NCBI GenBank assembly: GCA_964012805.1
Contig: CAXGUD010000014.1
Coordinates: 25,159 to 89,158 of the forward strand
Direction: 5' to 3'
From: an uncultured Bacteriovoracaceae bacterium
Lineage (GTDB): Bacteria; Bdellovibrionota; Bacteriovoracia; Bacteriovoracales; Bacteriovoracaceae
DNA length: 64,000 nt
Shown: piece after piece, positions 38,870-51,887 of the stretch
Position numbering within the stretch: the stretch's first letter is position 1
Layout: every line of letters starts with the position of its first letter
Program-made: the position numbers and the translations under genes
The notes under the pieces: generated by a model
The model's input: the letters and a program-made list of their open reading frames with translations, nothing else
Told to the model about the DNA's origin: nothing
Database searches by the model: none

Positions 38870-40924
38870 TCAAGCCTTAGCAGAATCACCTTTAGCAAAA
38901 ATAGAGGCCACAAAGTTAAGTGCATCTGTGGCGCAAATTTCACAGTAACCGTGATTTTTCATGAGCCTCGCTTTAACTACGTCTATTTTTTCTTGAGTTT
39001 CCTTATCAACGACTCTTGAAACAATTGTCGTTAATTTTATTGAATCTTTTTGATCTTCAAAAAGCTTAAGCTCTAATGCTCGGTGAAGCCTTTCGTTCAT
39101 CTTAAAGTCAAAGGTTTTTCCTTCGATTGCCAAAGCCCCAATATAATTCATTATTTCACGACGGAAATCATCTTTTCTCGACTCAGGTATATCTATTTTT
39201 TCTTCGATAGACCTCATGAATCTTTCATCAGCATCCTCTAATCTATTTGAGTATTTATTTCTAATTTTTTCCTTTTGGGTGTGGGCCTTAACATTATCAA
39301 TATAGTTGGCACAAAGAGTTTGTATAGCTGTCTCATCTACACTAATGGCCTTCTGAACATCATTTTTAATAATGTCCTCGTATTCTTGTCTCGTTATGGC
39401 GAGCATTTCTTTATATAAATCGTATTGTTCTTGACTTGTTATAAGACTGTGGTGCTTTAAACCTGCTTCTAACTCGTTAAAAACCATAAAAGGGTTTAAA
39501 CAACCAAGGTGTCCATTTTTAACAAGTGCATTCGATACTTTATCTTGAATGTATCTAGGACTAATTCCCTCGAGTCCTTCTCTAATAGCTTCCTTACGAA
39601 GCTCCTTTACATTATCTTCATTGTAACCAGGTAAGGTTTTACCATTATAAAGCTTTAACTTTTGAAGCTTTGTTAAGTCGGCTTTTTTAGGGTCTTCAAG
39701 CCTCGTCATAATGGCCCAGGTAGAAGCCATCTCCAATGTGTGAGGAGCGATGTGAATGTGAGGAATTTTATCTGAGTTAAAATCTTTTTTATAAATTTTT
39801 ACTTCGTTTTCCAGCCTTGTAATATATGGGACATCTATCTTAACAGTCCTGTCCCTCAAAGCCTCCATAAACTCATTATTTTGCAGCTTTTTGAATTCTG
39901 GCTCATTTGTATGGCCCAAAATAACTTCGTCTATATCCGTTTGGGAAAACTTCTTAGGTTTAATTGACTGTTCCTGACTCGCTCCCAAAAGGTCATAAAG
40001 AAAGGCCACGTCCAATTTAAGCATTTCTATAAATTCAACAATCCCTCTGTTAGCAATATTAAACTCGCCATCAAAGTTAAAGGCCCTAGGATCTGAATCT
40101 GAACCGTAGTGAGCTATTTTTCTATAATTTATATCACCTGTTAACTCTGTTGAATCCTGATTCTTTTCATCTTTTGGCTGAAAAGTGCCTATTCCGACTC
40201 TATCCTTTTCGGAAAGGATAAGTCTTTTAACTCTTACGTGATTGAGGACTTTTTTCCAATCACCATCATACTTTTTCATATATTCTGTATAAATATATCG
40301 ACTTGCTGGATCCAGCTCACCTTTTATAGAAATCTTAAACCCATCAAGACCCTTATTAATCTCTTTGACAAAATCACCCCTCACACTTTTGGGAATAAGT
40401 TTCAGAGGTTCATCATGCATAGGTGAAGGAAAAACCTTCTCTCCTCCAAGAATTTCACTTCTTTCTTCATCAAACCATTCGTATGTGTAAAGGGCCCCAT
40501 CATCAGTCTTCGAATAATGCTCAAGTCCCTTTTTTAAAAGACGCGAAATTGATGACTTTGCAGAACCAACAGGTCCATGAAGTAGTAAAACCCTCTTTTC
40601 TGTCCCATACCCAGCTGCTGCGGACATGAAGAAATTGACTAACTTCATCAGGTGGACATCGATACCATAAACGGCATCCGCCCCTTTTTCAAAAGGGTCA
40701 TTAAAAAAGTGGTACCTAGTAATTTCTTTTTTGTATTCTATATATTTGCTTGTCCCATAGGATTGAATCATGTCATTGATTCTTTGGAAGCAATTCCTTG
40801 TAACTCTTGGATTTTCAGCAACAATATCGAGGTACTCTTGAAAAGTCCCCTCCCAGTGCAAGTGAGCGAAATCTTCTAGTTTGTAATTTTTGTCCATAAA
40901 ATCAGTTATTTTTAACTTGGCCAT
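38870..40924 (-). CDS. prkA: PrkA/YeaG AAA+ ATPase / serine protein kinase
   Basis: [59 protein letters not shown]. Confidence 0.95.
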   Translation of the reverse strand: MAKLKITDFMDKNYKLEDFAHLHWEGTFQEYLDIVAENPRVTRNCFQRINDMIQSYGTSKYIEYKKEITRYHFFNDPFEKGADAVYGIDVHLMKLVNFFMSAAAGYGTEKRVLLLHGPVGSAKSSISRLLKKGLEHYSKTDDGALYTYEWFDEERSEILGGEKVFPSPMHDEPLKLIPKSVRGDFVKEINKGLDGFKISIKGELDPASRYIYTEYMKKYDGDWKKVLNHVRVKRLILSEKDRVGIGTFQPKDEKNQDSTELTGDINYRKIAHYGSDSDPRAFNFDGEFNIANRGIVEFIEMLKLDVAFLYDLLGASQEQSIKPKKFSQTDIDEVILGHTNEPEFKKLQNNEFMEALRDRTVKIDVPYITRLENEVKIYKKDFNSDKIPHIHIAPHTLEMASTWAIMTRLEDPKKADLTKLQKLKLYNGKTLPGYNEDNVKELRKEAIREGLEGISPRYIQDKVSNALVKNGHLGCLNPFMVFNELEAGLKHHSLITSQEQYDLYKEMLAITRQEYEDIIKNDVQKAISVDETAIQTLCANYIDNVKAHTQKEKIRNKYSNRLEDADERFMRSIEEKIDIPESRKDDFRREIMNYIGALAIEGKTFDFKMNERLHRALELKLFEDQKDSIKLTTIVSRVVDKETQEKIDVVKARLMKNHGYCEICATDALNFVASIFAKGDSAKA

Positions 40925-41132
40925 TGGAAGAGTACCCCTTGAGATGAGACTACAATAAACCACACTCCTCTCATTATAACCCATTCCAGAATAGAACATA
41001 GGGTAAAACTTTTCAGGGTTGTTCGCTAAATTTCTGATGGGGAAGCAGACTAATTCTATCCACTTGACAAGAATTTTGTAGGACCGGAAAATGAATATGC
41101 TAAGGCTTTTCTATCCAAAGCGAGATTATTTT

Positions 41133-41876
41133 ATGGGTCTTCTATCGGCAAGCCTAACAGATATAGGCTTAAAAAGAAGCAAAAACCAAGATTCTATTTA
41201 TTCCAGTAACGAGGAAGGACTCTTTATTGTAGCTGATGGAATGGGTGGACATGCAGGTGGGGAAACGGCTTCAAGCCTCGCAGTTAAAACAATCCCTAAA
41301 TACATAGATGAAAACAAAAACCAAACTCCAAACGAAGCAAGCTCAGATTCAGTAAAAAAAGCAAACCAAGTCATTCTTGAGTTGGGAAATAAAATGCCTG
41401 AGCTTAAGGGAATGGGTACAACGGTAGTTCAGGTTTATTTCAAAGGTCCTTTTGCCTATGTATCAAACCTTGGGGACTCGAGGGGATACCTAATAAATAA
41501 AAACCAAGTCTACCAAATTACAAGGGATCACTCGCTCATCCAAGAGAAGATGAACCTTAATATTTATACGAGAGAGCAAGCCGCCGCTGATCCAAATAAG
41601 AATGTCCTCGTAAGAACTTGTGGCCTAGAAGAAAATGTTGATGTTGACGTCTTCACCTATAAGGTAAGAAAAAATGATATCTTTGTCTTGTGTTCAGATG
41701 GGCTTCACAGCAAAGTCTCAGATTCAGACATACTCCATATCATTAACAAATTTATCCCTGATCCTAAATTAGCAGATGAGAAAACTCTCCACCAAACTGT
41801 AGCTTCCCTAGTCGCACAGGCCAATGCAAACGGAGGAAATGATAATATTTCAGTCATTTTAGTTGTGGCCCAATGA
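41133..41876 (+). CDS. PP2C/Stp1-type Ser/Thr protein phosphatase
   Basis: TDIG.KR..NQD, VADGMGGH, GMGTT, GDSRGY, LCSDGL, GGNDNIS. Confidence 0.94.
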   Translation: MGLLSASLTDIGLKRSKNQDSIYSSNEEGLFIVADGMGGHAGGETASSLAVKTIPKYIDENKNQTPNEASSDSVKKANQVILELGNKMPELKGMGTTVVQVYFKGPFAYVSNLGDSRGYLINKNQVYQITRDHSLIQEKMNLNIYTREQAAADPNKNVLVRTCGLEENVDVDVFTYKVRKNDIFVLCSDGLHSKVSDSDILHIINKFIPDPKLADEKTLHQTVASLVAQANANGGNDNISVILVVAQ

Positions 41877-41993
41877 GACATTTTAATTAAAAAAGTCTTT
41901 TAAATTGCTCTCCCTTTTCAACTTTTATATAGTAAAGTCTTAAGTGAATCCTTCCAATAACTTACCTGGGACCTCTATTAGGGAGACAATGTT

Positions 41994-43154
41994 TTGGACA
42001 AGTATTTTACCATTATGATTATACCGGAAAGAGAAAAAGGCGTTAAATCCTTTCGAATCCCTAAAGTCATGTTTAGGGCCATCGTTTTTTTTTCTGTTAT
42101 AACCATCGTTATTATTGGAATCCTCGCTTATGACTACTCAAAGCTTATTAACCAAGTTTACAAAAATAAGCACCTCACTATAGAAAATAGACAGCTCAAG
42201 GAACAAATTGAACTCTTTGACAGAAAACTTAATTCATTAACAGAGGACATAAGAAGAATTCATATTTTTGAAAGGAAACTTCGAGTCATTACAGGTTTAG
42301 AAGAACAAGAATTTCAGCAAATGAAATCAAAAGTTCAGCTAAAAGAATCTCTTCGAAAAGACTCTGAGAAACCAAGGCTTGACAATGATATCCTCCAGGT
42401 GGAAGAAAAAGGCAATCCTGTAAGACTAAAAGAAACATCCTACTCAAAGAACCCCTCTGAAAGATTCTTTCCAAAACTTGATCAACTTCTAGACCTTCCT
42501 AATCAAGACAAAACAACTAACACAAAGAACTTCATAAAGTTAAAAACGCTCTATGAAAAAAAGATCGCTGCATCATTTGGACTTCATACCGGCTACCGCT
42601 ACACAAAAGAATGGTCTCAGCTTACTAAGAGTAGCTTCTCTCTTGCTTCTCAATTTGCCCGCTTTGATCACAGCTTTAATGTTATGAAAAACTTCATTAA
42701 AGATATGGAGGTTAAGGTGCACCAACTTGACCAGCACCTTCTCGACCAAGATAGCTTTCTCAAATCTACTCCTACATTGCTCCCCACCAAAGGTTGGATA
42801 ACAAGCTACTACGGACCTAGAAAAAGTCATTACTCTGGGCGTATAAAAATGCATGAAGGCCTTGATATAGGTGCCAAACCAGGTACTCAAATAATAGCCC
42901 CGGCTGATGGAATCGTAACTTTTTCAGGGAAAAAGCCAGGCTTTGGCTACATTGTCCAAATAGACCATGGGTATGGAGTCGAAACAATCTACGCACACGC
43001 AAGTAAGTTAGAGGTTAAAAAAAGCCAGCCTGTTAAAAGAGGCATGATAATTGCAAGAGTTGGTAATACAGGACTTTCTACTGGTCCTCATGTGCACTAT
43101 GAGGTAAGAGTCAATGGTACACCGGTAGACCCCCTTTATTACGTATTGGATTAA
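41994..43154 (+). CDS. M23 family metallopeptidase (TM + coiled coil + LytM domain)
   Basis: [18 protein letters not shown]. Confidence 0.93.
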   Translation: MDKYFTIMIIPEREKGVKSFRIPKVMFRAIVFFSVITIVIIGILAYDYSKLINQVYKNKHLTIENRQLKEQIELFDRKLNSLTEDIRRIHIFERKLRVITGLEEQEFQQMKSKVQLKESLRKDSEKPRLDNDILQVEEKGNPVRLKETSYSKNPSERFFPKLDQLLDLPNQDKTTNTKNFIKLKTLYEKKIAASFGLHTGYRYTKEWSQLTKSSFSLASQFARFDHSFNVMKNFIKDMEVKVHQLDQHLLDQDSFLKSTPTLLPTKGWITSYYGPRKSHYSGRIKMHEGLDIGAKPGTQIIAPADGIVTFSGKKPGFGYIVQIDHGYGVETIYAHASKLEVKKSQPVKRGMIIARVGNTGLSTGPHVHYEVRVNGTPVDPLYYVLD

Positions 43155-43171
43155 TTGAGGAGAAAAAAGCA

Positions 43172-45721
43172 ATGCTCAACACCATAAAAAGGATCTTTGG
43201 GACGCGTAATGACCGAGAGCTCAAGCAAATGAAGCCCATCTTAGAGGCCATCAATAAGCTTGAGCCCCATATGAAGAAATTATCTGATGATGAACTTCGT
43301 GCACAAACTACAAAATTTAGGGAAATGATCAAAAATGGCTCTTCTCTTGAATCTATTCTTCCTGAAGCTTTTGCAACAGTAAGAGAAGCTTCAGTCAGGA
43401 CGCTCGAAATGAGGCACTTTGACGTCCAACTCATGGGTGGGGTCGCCCTTTTCAGAGGGAATATTGCAGAAATGAAAACAGGTGAGGGAAAAACTCTTAC
43501 CGCTACATTAGCACTCTACCTAAGGGCCCTTACTGGAAAGGGGGCTCACTTGGTAACGGTTAACGACTACCTTGCTAAAAGGGATGCCGAGTGGATGGGT
43601 GCCATTTACACCTTTCTTGGACTCACCGTAGGGTGCATTTTGACCGATATGGAAGAAGATGACCGGAAAGCTGCTTATCAAGCTGACATAACCTATGGCA
43701 CAAATAATGAGTTTGCTTTTGATTATTTAAGAGACAACATGAAGTTTAGCTTGGAGGATTATGTCCAAAGAGAGCATAATTTTTGTATTGTCGATGAGGT
43801 CGACTCAATTCTTATTGATGAAGCCAGGACTCCTCTCCTCATATCGGGTCCGAGTGAAGGTGACACAGGGCTGTATCATGTCGCCAATAAAGTTATTCCT
43901 AATCTAGAAAAAGACAAAGATTTTAAGATTGATGAAAAAGCTAGAAGTGCTATTTTCACTGATGAGGGAATCAATAAAATTCAATCCAAACTTAAGATAG
44001 ACGACCTCTTTAATATCAAAAATACTGAACTTCTTCACCACCTCAACCAATCTCTTAAGGCACACACTCTTTTCACAAAGGATGTGGACTACGTAGTAAA
44101 AGACGGACAGGTTGTGATTGTTGATGAATTTACTGGTAGGCTGAAAGAAGGCTCTCGCTGGTCAGATGGTCTTCACCAATCAGTTGAAGCAAAAGAAGGT
44201 GTCGAGATTAAGTCCGAAAATCAGACCCTTGCCTCTATTACCTTTCAAAACTACTTTAGGCTTTATAATAAGTTAGCAGGTATGACTGGTACAGCGGATA
44301 CTGAAGCGGAAGAGTTTGGGAAGATTTATAACCTAAAAGTTACGGTTATTCCTACAAATGTTCCTGTTGCAAGGTTTGATGAAGCAGATGTTATTTATAA
44401 AAACTCTGAAGCGAAATTTAAGGCAGTCTCCGATCTTATTGAGAAACTTCATCAAAAAGGGCAACCTGTTTTAGTAGGGACAATTTCGATTGATAACTCT
44501 GAAAAGATTTCTCAAGTGCTAAAAAAGAAGAAAATACCTCATGAAGTTTTAAATGCTAAAGCGCATGAAAGAGAAGCCTCAATTATCGAAAATGCTGGTG
44601 CTAAAGGCTCTGTCACAATTGCAACCAATATGGCAGGCCGTGGGACGGATATTAAACTGAGCGATGAAACTAAAGAGCTGGGCGGACTTTTCATTCTAGG
44701 AACAGAAAGACATGAGTCCAGAAGAATCGACAATCAGTTAAGAGGGCGTTCAGGAAGGCAAGGTGATCCCGGCCAATCTAAGTTTTTCTTGTCCCTAGAG
44801 GACGACCTTATGAGAATCTTTGCTTCAAGCAAAATCTCAAAAGTGATGGACACCCTAGGCATGGAGGATGACGAGCCAATTGAACATAAAATGGTCACAA
44901 ACGCTATCGCTAAGGCCCAAAAGAAAGTTGAAGGACACAACTTTGAAATAAGAAAACACCTTCTCGAATATGATAATGTTATGAATGACCAAAGAAGAGT
45001 TATTTACAAACTAAGGCGTGATATTCTTGGCGACAATGATAATATGGGCTTTGTAAAAGAGATGGTTGAAGACGTCGCCCTCTTTTTAGTAGAAACGTAC
45101 AGACCAGAAAAGAAAGTGCCTCTTGATCAATGGCCATGGGATGACGTTGTCAATAGCTTCCAAACAACTTTCAATTCGAAAGAAGTCTTAGATCTTGAAG
45201 AGTGTTACCAAAAACATGACGGAGAGCTTGCCACTTACATCCACGAAAAAGCAAAAGGCTTACTTGATCAAAAATTTTCCGCCTACGAAGAAGACCAAGT
45301 CAAAATGGCTTTGAGGGAAATACTTCTCTCAATTTTTGATCAATTCTGGAAAGATCATTTATTATCGATGGATCACATCAAAGAAGGGGTTAATTTAAGG
45401 GCCTATGCTCAAAAAGATCCTTTAACAGAATATAAAAGAGAATCCTTCAACCTCTTTGAGAATATGAGGTCAGAGGTAAAAAAATCGATTGTTGAAAATA
45501 TTTTCACAGTTCAGCTCTATAGCCAAGATGAAATGCAAGAACTGAAGAGGCAGCAACAGGCCCAACTTGAAGCCCAGCTTGAGGCCCACAAAGCTGAGCA
45601 AAAAGCCCAAGAAGAAATGGCCGAAGGAAAAAGACAACCTGTAAGGCGTAAAAATAAAGTTGGCAGAAATGATCCTTGCCCATGTGGCTCAGGCAAAAAA
45701 TTCAAACAGTGTCATGGATAA
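43172..45721 (+). CDS. secA: Preprotein translocase SecA
   Basis: [69 protein letters not shown]. Confidence 0.99.
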   Translation: MLNTIKRIFGTRNDRELKQMKPILEAINKLEPHMKKLSDDELRAQTTKFREMIKNGSSLESILPEAFATVREASVRTLEMRHFDVQLMGGVALFRGNIAEMKTGEGKTLTATLALYLRALTGKGAHLVTVNDYLAKRDAEWMGAIYTFLGLTVGCILTDMEEDDRKAAYQADITYGTNNEFAFDYLRDNMKFSLEDYVQREHNFCIVDEVDSILIDEARTPLLISGPSEGDTGLYHVANKVIPNLEKDKDFKIDEKARSAIFTDEGINKIQSKLKIDDLFNIKNTELLHHLNQSLKAHTLFTKDVDYVVKDGQVVIVDEFTGRLKEGSRWSDGLHQSVEAKEGVEIKSENQTLASITFQNYFRLYNKLAGMTGTADTEAEEFGKIYNLKVTVIPTNVPVARFDEADVIYKNSEAKFKAVSDLIEKLHQKGQPVLVGTISIDNSEKISQVLKKKKIPHEVLNAKAHEREASIIENAGAKGSVTIATNMAGRGTDIKLSDETKELGGLFILGTERHESRRIDNQLRGRSGRQGDPGQSKFFLSLEDDLMRIFASSKISKVMDTLGMEDDEPIEHKMVTNAIAKAQKKVEGHNFEIRKHLLEYDNVMNDQRRVIYKLRRDILGDNDNMGFVKEMVEDVALFLVETYRPEKKVPLDQWPWDDVVNSFQTTFNSKEVLDLEECYQKHDGELATYIHEKAKGLLDQKFSAYEEDQVKMALREILLSIFDQFWKDHLLSMDHIKEGVNLRAYAQKDPLTEYKRESFNLFENMRSEVKKSIVENIFTVQLYSQDEMQELKRQQQAQLEAQLEAHKAEQKAQEEMAEGKRQPVRRKNKVGRNDPCPCGSGKKFKQCHG

Positions 45722-45768
45722 TGAAGCTTTTATAAGGCGCTTCTAGCACTGGAAGAAACCTCTTCAAT

Positions 45769-45797
45769 TTGCCTCTTTTTTTGCGTGTTGTTATAAT
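45769..45797 (+). promoter_or_regulatory. Sigma70-type promoter
   Basis: TTGCCT-17 nt-TATAAT with extended -10 TG, 35 nt upstream of GTG 45833. Confidence 0.6.
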
Positions 45798-45832
45798 TTG
45801 GGGGTGTAACTACCCCAAAGAGGAATCAGCAC

Positions 45833-47248
<1,416 letters not shown>

Positions 47249-47252
47249 TCCC

Positions 47253-48722
47253 ATGAATAAACTTCCCTCTCCTATTCATTCTCTTAAAGATCATTATGAC
47301 GTTGTCGTCGTTGGCGGCGGTATTGTCGGAGCAGGTATTTTTAGAGACCTTTCGCTTCATGGCCTTCATTGCCTTTTAATTGATAAAAAAGACTTCACCT
47401 CTCAAACGAGTCAGAGTAGTTCAAAAATGCTTCATGGAGGCATCCGCTACCTGGAAAAACTTGATTTCAGCCTCGTATGGGAAGCACTTCACGAAAAAAA
47501 CCTCTGGTTGGAACTTGCTCCACACCTCTGCTACGAGAGCTCTTTCCACTTTCCTATTTATAAAGGATTTAATAAACCTTTGTGGATGGTAAAAATTGGA
47601 CTAAGCCTTTACGACTTTTTATCCAGTTACAAAAACACTCCACATAAAATCCTATCTAAAAAAGAAGTCCTCAACTCTATCCCTTCACTTAATAACGAAA
47701 ACCTTACTGGTGCAGGTCTTTATTACGATGCAATCGTAGATGACGCGAAATTAACTCTTGAAGTTATTTATGATTCCTTAAAAGAGGCATCGGGAAGCCA
47801 AGCGTTTTCTCATATAGAACTTGAAAAGCTGGAAGTACAAGGCATAAAGAATAACCTTCAATTAAAAGATTCTCTCAACTCCGAAGTGACGAAAACAATT
47901 TCGGCGGATGATGTTATTTTTTCAGTAGGGCCTTTTACAGACAATCTTTTAAGTAAATTTAAAGACTTAAAGTGGGATCCTGTTCTATCGCCTTCAAAAG
48001 GAAGTCATATATGGCTTCGAGCAGACGCCCTCGATATAAAAGGTCCTCTCTTACTAAGAACTAAAGACAATAGGGTTTTCTTTGTTATTCCTTGGCCAAA
48101 TGCAATCTTAGTTGGTACCACCGAGACAAAAGTAGAAGGCAACTTTTTTAACTTATCCCCAACCCCTGACGAAGTTCACTATCTAATTGATAATATTAAA
48201 AAATATTTCCCCAAAATCATGCTCTCCGAAAAAGATATAATTTCAAGCTTTTCAGGAGTGAGACCCCTCATCAAAGACAGCAATAGTTCAGAATTAGGCG
48301 AAGTAAAAAGAGAGCATAAAGTTTATCAACCCAAACACAACATTCACGTTATTGCGGGAGGTAAATACACCACCTTCCGCACCATGGGCCAGGAAATATC
48401 AAGAAAAATAGTCCTTAAAAAAGAGCTCTCCTATAACTCAAACATGACCAAACAAAAATTAAGACAAAAATCCTGCATCCTTCCCTTCAAAGAAGATGAA
48501 ATAACAGCGGACACAATTTTTAACATTATTGAAAAAGAGAATGTAAGAACTTTTGACGACCTTCTAAAAAGAAGAATCGGATGTCCTAGCCCTAGACACT
48601 GGAACAAAAAAACTTCACTAGTCGATTTATTTAAACCCATTTACCCCGAACTAAAAAACGTTCTTTATTTCTCTGATGAAGATAAAAAGCTTCTGGAGGT
48701 TGAAAGTGATGTTAATCATTGA
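47253..48722 (+). CDS. glpD: FAD-dependent glycerol-3-phosphate dehydrogenase
   Basis: VVGGGIVG, TSQSSSKMLHGGIRYLE, KGSHI, LVGTTE, SGVRPL, GGKYTTFR. Confidence 0.9.
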   Translation: MNKLPSPIHSLKDHYDVVVVGGGIVGAGIFRDLSLHGLHCLLIDKKDFTSQTSQSSSKMLHGGIRYLEKLDFSLVWEALHEKNLWLELAPHLCYESSFHFPIYKGFNKPLWMVKIGLSLYDFLSSYKNTPHKILSKKEVLNSIPSLNNENLTGAGLYYDAIVDDAKLTLEVIYDSLKEASGSQAFSHIELEKLEVQGIKNNLQLKDSLNSEVTKTISADDVIFSVGPFTDNLLSKFKDLKWDPVLSPSKGSHIWLRADALDIKGPLLLRTKDNRVFFVIPWPNAILVGTTETKVEGNFFNLSPTPDEVHYLIDNIKKYFPKIMLSEKDIISSFSGVRPLIKDSNSSELGEVKREHKVYQPKHNIHVIAGGKYTTFRTMGQEISRKIVLKKELSYNSNMTKQKLRQKSCILPFKEDEITADTIFNIIEKENVRTFDDLLKRRIGCPSPRHWNKKTSLVDLFKPIYPELKNVLYFSDEDKKLLEVESDVNH

Positions 48723-49080
48723 GAATTTTTTTTAGGGCCAAAATGAGAAGTTTTTTTGAAATTGGCTTAGTCATCCATGCACGGATGCCAAGTTGCTTTA
48801 TATCATCCCTTACAGACTCAAAGTTCTCTGTCGTACACATAACAAGAGGAATATCTTTAAGACCATCTTCATCTTTAAGTGCAAAAGCAAATGTTATCCC
48901 GTCCATAACAGGCATATTTACATCACATAAAATAAGAGAAACATCTTTGTTATTTCTTAAAACGCTTAAACCGTCTTCACCGTCTCTCCCCTCTAAAACA
49001 GTGTAGCCTGCCTCCTCAAGAAACATCCTCATTTTAGCTCGTGTTGGCTGGGCATCATCAATAACTATAATCTTCGCCAA
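48712..49080 (-). CDS. Stand-alone receiver (TTE/W-x2-KP subtype)
   Basis: IIVIDDA, CDVNMPVMDG, MCTTE, AWMTKP. Confidence 0.9.
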   Translation of the reverse strand: MAKIIVIDDAQPTRAKMRMFLEEAGYTVLEGRDGEDGLSVLRNNKDVSLILCDVNMPVMDGITFAFALKDEDGLKDIPLVMCTTENFESVRDDIKQLGIRAWMTKPISKKLLILALKKILND

Positions 49081-49128
49081 AATCGGCTCCTTTTAAAAGT
49101 ACAACCAAGAGAAAGTTAATATGGGGGG

Positions 49129-50463
49129 CTATCCTTTTTTAAATCTAAGTATAAAAGTTGCGCCCTTCATATCTTCTTCATTTTTAAGAATCAACCCACC
49201 TTCCATCTCTATCATGAAGTTAAATGCTTGATGCAGCCCTATTCCTAAATGACCTGGCTTTGAAGAGAATCCGCAATTAAAAATTTTCCCTTTCACATCT
49301 TGGTCAATTCCACCGCCATTATCATTTATTTCGACTTCTATAAAGTTATCATCCTCTTTCGAAATAATTGTAATTGTAGGCGATTCCTTGTCTTTAAGGG
49401 CTTCAACAGAATTTAAAATAACTTGTTTAAAAGCATATGTTGCTTTTGACTCATTCAGATTCACTTTTATAGAAGTATCTATTTTATTTAAAATTGTGAC
49501 CTTATGTTCAGCTATTTTTTCTTTTAACTCATTTAAAGAAACTTCAATGGCCTTTGCAACAAGCTGCTCAGCTTTTTTAATTTTTACATTTGAGAACTGC
49601 TCCTGCTCACTTAGAAATCGTCCGAGAAAATCAACTTTCGTCCCAATAAAATCTGCATTGGAAATAAGGTCGTTATCCCGGTTAAGGTTCGCATTTGATA
49701 TCTTTTTGAGAAGCTCTGAAAGCTTCATAACATCTTTCTTAAAGCGCTCGCCATCATGGTCTTTTTCAAAGTCGGCAATTTTTTCCCCTAAAGTTTCATA
49801 TATTTTCTCCATATATTTATGGATTTCATTAGAGCTGAGGTCATTTCGCATTTCCCCCAGCGAGTAATTAATTGGTCCCAACATATTACCCATCAAGTGG
49901 AGTACATTAGACACAATTTCTGCTTTCCCCGATTTATTTGCCAAATCCAACATTTTCTCTTGACTGGCCTTCAGCTGAGCGGTCCTCTCCTCAACGATTT
50001 CTTCAAGGTTCGTGCTGTAAGTTTCCAACTGTTTTTGTCTATGAACAATTTCCGTTACATCTTTTCCAATAACTAGATAAAGATCTCCGAGCTCAGGTCT
50101 CTTGAGATAAACATATACGTCCCATAAGTAAACAGAAGGTATTTTATAGGCTTTTGAAATAGTTTTTATTTCCAACTTCACCTGGCTGGTAAAATTGCTA
50201 TCAACTCTACCAGCATTCTTTAAAAATTTAGAAAGAAAAGCCCATTTACTATCTTCAAAAAGCAATTTGAAATTCGTATATATTAGTTTTTCTTTGTCAA
50301 CTTTGAGAACTCTTGCCAGAGTGTCATTCCCTCTAAAAATAGTCCCATCGGCCCTTAAAATAGCTATTATAAGAGGCAATGAATCAAATATCTGCTCAAC
50401 ACTTTTCTTTGAGTCTTCAAGGATTTTTATTAAGTTCGAGGTTGCTCTAAGTTCTTTGCTCAT
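49129..50463 (-). CDS. Cytoplasmic PAS-domain histidine kinase
   Basis: PAS-like N-terminus, coiled coil LEEIVEERT, H-box NVLHLMGN, QVILNS, DNGGGI, GFSSK, GIGLH. Confidence 0.85.
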   Translation of the reverse strand: MSKELRATSNLIKILEDSKKSVEQIFDSLPLIIAILRADGTIFRGNDTLARVLKVDKEKLIYTNFKLLFEDSKWAFLSKFLKNAGRVDSNFTSQVKLEIKTISKAYKIPSVYLWDVYVYLKRPELGDLYLVIGKDVTEIVHRQKQLETYSTNLEEIVEERTAQLKASQEKMLDLANKSGKAEIVSNVLHLMGNMLGPINYSLGEMRNDLSSNEIHKYMEKIYETLGEKIADFEKDHDGERFKKDVMKLSELLKKISNANLNRDNDLISNADFIGTKVDFLGRFLSEQEQFSNVKIKKAEQLVAKAIEVSLNELKEKIAEHKVTILNKIDTSIKVNLNESKATYAFKQVILNSVEALKDKESPTITIISKEDDNFIEVEINDNGGGIDQDVKGKIFNCGFSSKPGHLGIGLHQAFNFMIEMEGGLILKNEEDMKGATFILRFKKG

Positions 50464-50476
50464 AGGATATAAATTC

Positions 50477-50503
50477 TAAAGAATATAATTTTTTTTCCGA
50501 TTA
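50477..50503 (+). promoter_or_regulatory. Sigma28-like promoter for receiver-cheX
   Basis: TAAA-N15-TCCGATTA. Confidence 0.55.
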
Positions 50504-50552
50504 ATAGACTGATGATAACACGGTCGAGAAAGATTTAAACTAGAGGCAAGTA

Positions 50553-51041
50553 ATGAAAAAAAAGATACTTATTGTTGATGATGACCATGACATACATCCA
50601 TTAATTGTAAAGATTATTGAAAAGGTCAATAAACAAGGTGGCAATAAGTTCGGAGAGATAGATAATTTGCTTGCAGACTTGAAAGGTCAGGAAAGTAAAG
50701 ATTCAAATACAAGTGATGATGCCAATGTTGAATTCACTTTTGATCATGCTTTCCAAGGAGAAGAAGCGTTAAAATTTATAGAACAGGCAAACAGTAACCC
50801 TTACGATGTTGTTTTCATGGATGTGAGAATGCCACCAGGAATTGATGGTATTCAAACCATTAAAGAAGTAAGGAAACAAAAACCTGAGTATCCTTTCATA
50901 ATTTGCACTGCTTACATGGACTACACATGGGAAGAAGTCGTCAAGATTTTAGGCTCAGAAAGCAATATAGCTTTGATGAAAAAACCTTTTACCAAACAAA
51001 AAATTCTTGAAAATCTTAAAACCCTTTTTAAAGAAGGGTAA
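50553..51041 (+). CDS. Stand-alone receiver with insertion after helix 1
   Basis: ILIVDDD, AFQGEEA, FMDVRMPPGIDG, ICTAY, KKPF. Confidence 0.9.
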   Translation: MKKKILIVDDDHDIHPLIVKIIEKVNKQGGNKFGEIDNLLADLKGQESKDSNTSDDANVEFTFDHAFQGEEALKFIEQANSNPYDVVFMDVRMPPGIDGIQTIKEVRKQKPEYPFIICTAYMDYTWEEVVKILGSESNIALMKKPFTKQKILENLKTLFKEG

Positions 51042-51054
51042 AAAAAGTTGGCCT

Positions 51055-51630
51055 ATGGGCGTTGAAAAAGAAAACTTTGAATCCCTTATCGAGGTATTTC
51101 AATCGTCAATTAAGAGGAACTTTGAAGCCTATTTTGCTGATGAAGAATTTCAAATGGAAAGGGTCAAAGACAGAAAGTTAGGTGAAGTAATCTCCTACAA
51201 TAACCTGGCAATGATCACTTTGACCGGAAGGGGTGTGAACGTAAATTTCAAGACCTATTTCGAGCAATCTTTCTGCAGAGAATTAATTAAAAAAGTTTAT
51301 AAAGAAGAAAAATATTGGAATGACCCCAATTTTGTAGAGGATTATATTAAAGAATTTTGTAACTTAGTTGGGGGCAGCATTTCTAGTTTGGCAAAGAAGG
51401 AACAAAATGAGCTTGGAAAAAGTATTCCTATGGTGCTCACCGGTTTTGATGAAATTTACTTCCCCGTAAACAAAATACTATCCGAAATGGTGTACGAGTG
51501 GGAATTTACCAAAGGCCATATAAAGTTTATGACTCGTATGGAAATATCATCCCTTAATATAGAAGAAGTTTTCAAACTTTTCGAAGGTGCTCAGGATGCT
51601 GAAGAAGTCCAGGACCTTACATTCCTGTAA
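51055..51630 (+). CDS. CheX-like phosphatase
   Basis: DYIKEFCNLVGG (E-x2-N catalytic motif), SIPMVLTG. Confidence 0.7.
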   Translation: MGVEKENFESLIEVFQSSIKRNFEAYFADEEFQMERVKDRKLGEVISYNNLAMITLTGRGVNVNFKTYFEQSFCRELIKKVYKEEKYWNDPNFVEDYIKEFCNLVGGSISSLAKKEQNELGKSIPMVLTGFDEIYFPVNKILSEMVYEWEFTKGHIKFMTRMEISSLNIEEVFKLFEGAQDAEEVQDLTFL

Positions 51631-51887
51631 ATTATTAATTCCTTAAGAATGGATCTATTTAGATCAATAAAATTTGTTTATCTATAAAACCCAGAAATTT
51701 TGTCTAGTTATTAAAATCTTCTTCCCTATGTAGAAAGACTAAAGTAAAAATTATAGGTAAAAATTTTTAAACCCAAAAACGTTGAAATAGTAGAGTTTAA
51801 AGACTCTTCAATTTCTAGTTTTTGATTAAGTTAAGGATCTTAAATCCTTAACTTAATTAACCCCACCCAAATTAAAGAGGAGTTGAG

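Noticed and set aside
49388..50479. Plus-strand ORFs of 85-159 aa, and similar short overlapping ORFs throughout the window
   Set aside because: They lie antisense or out of frame within well-supported genes and show no motifs.
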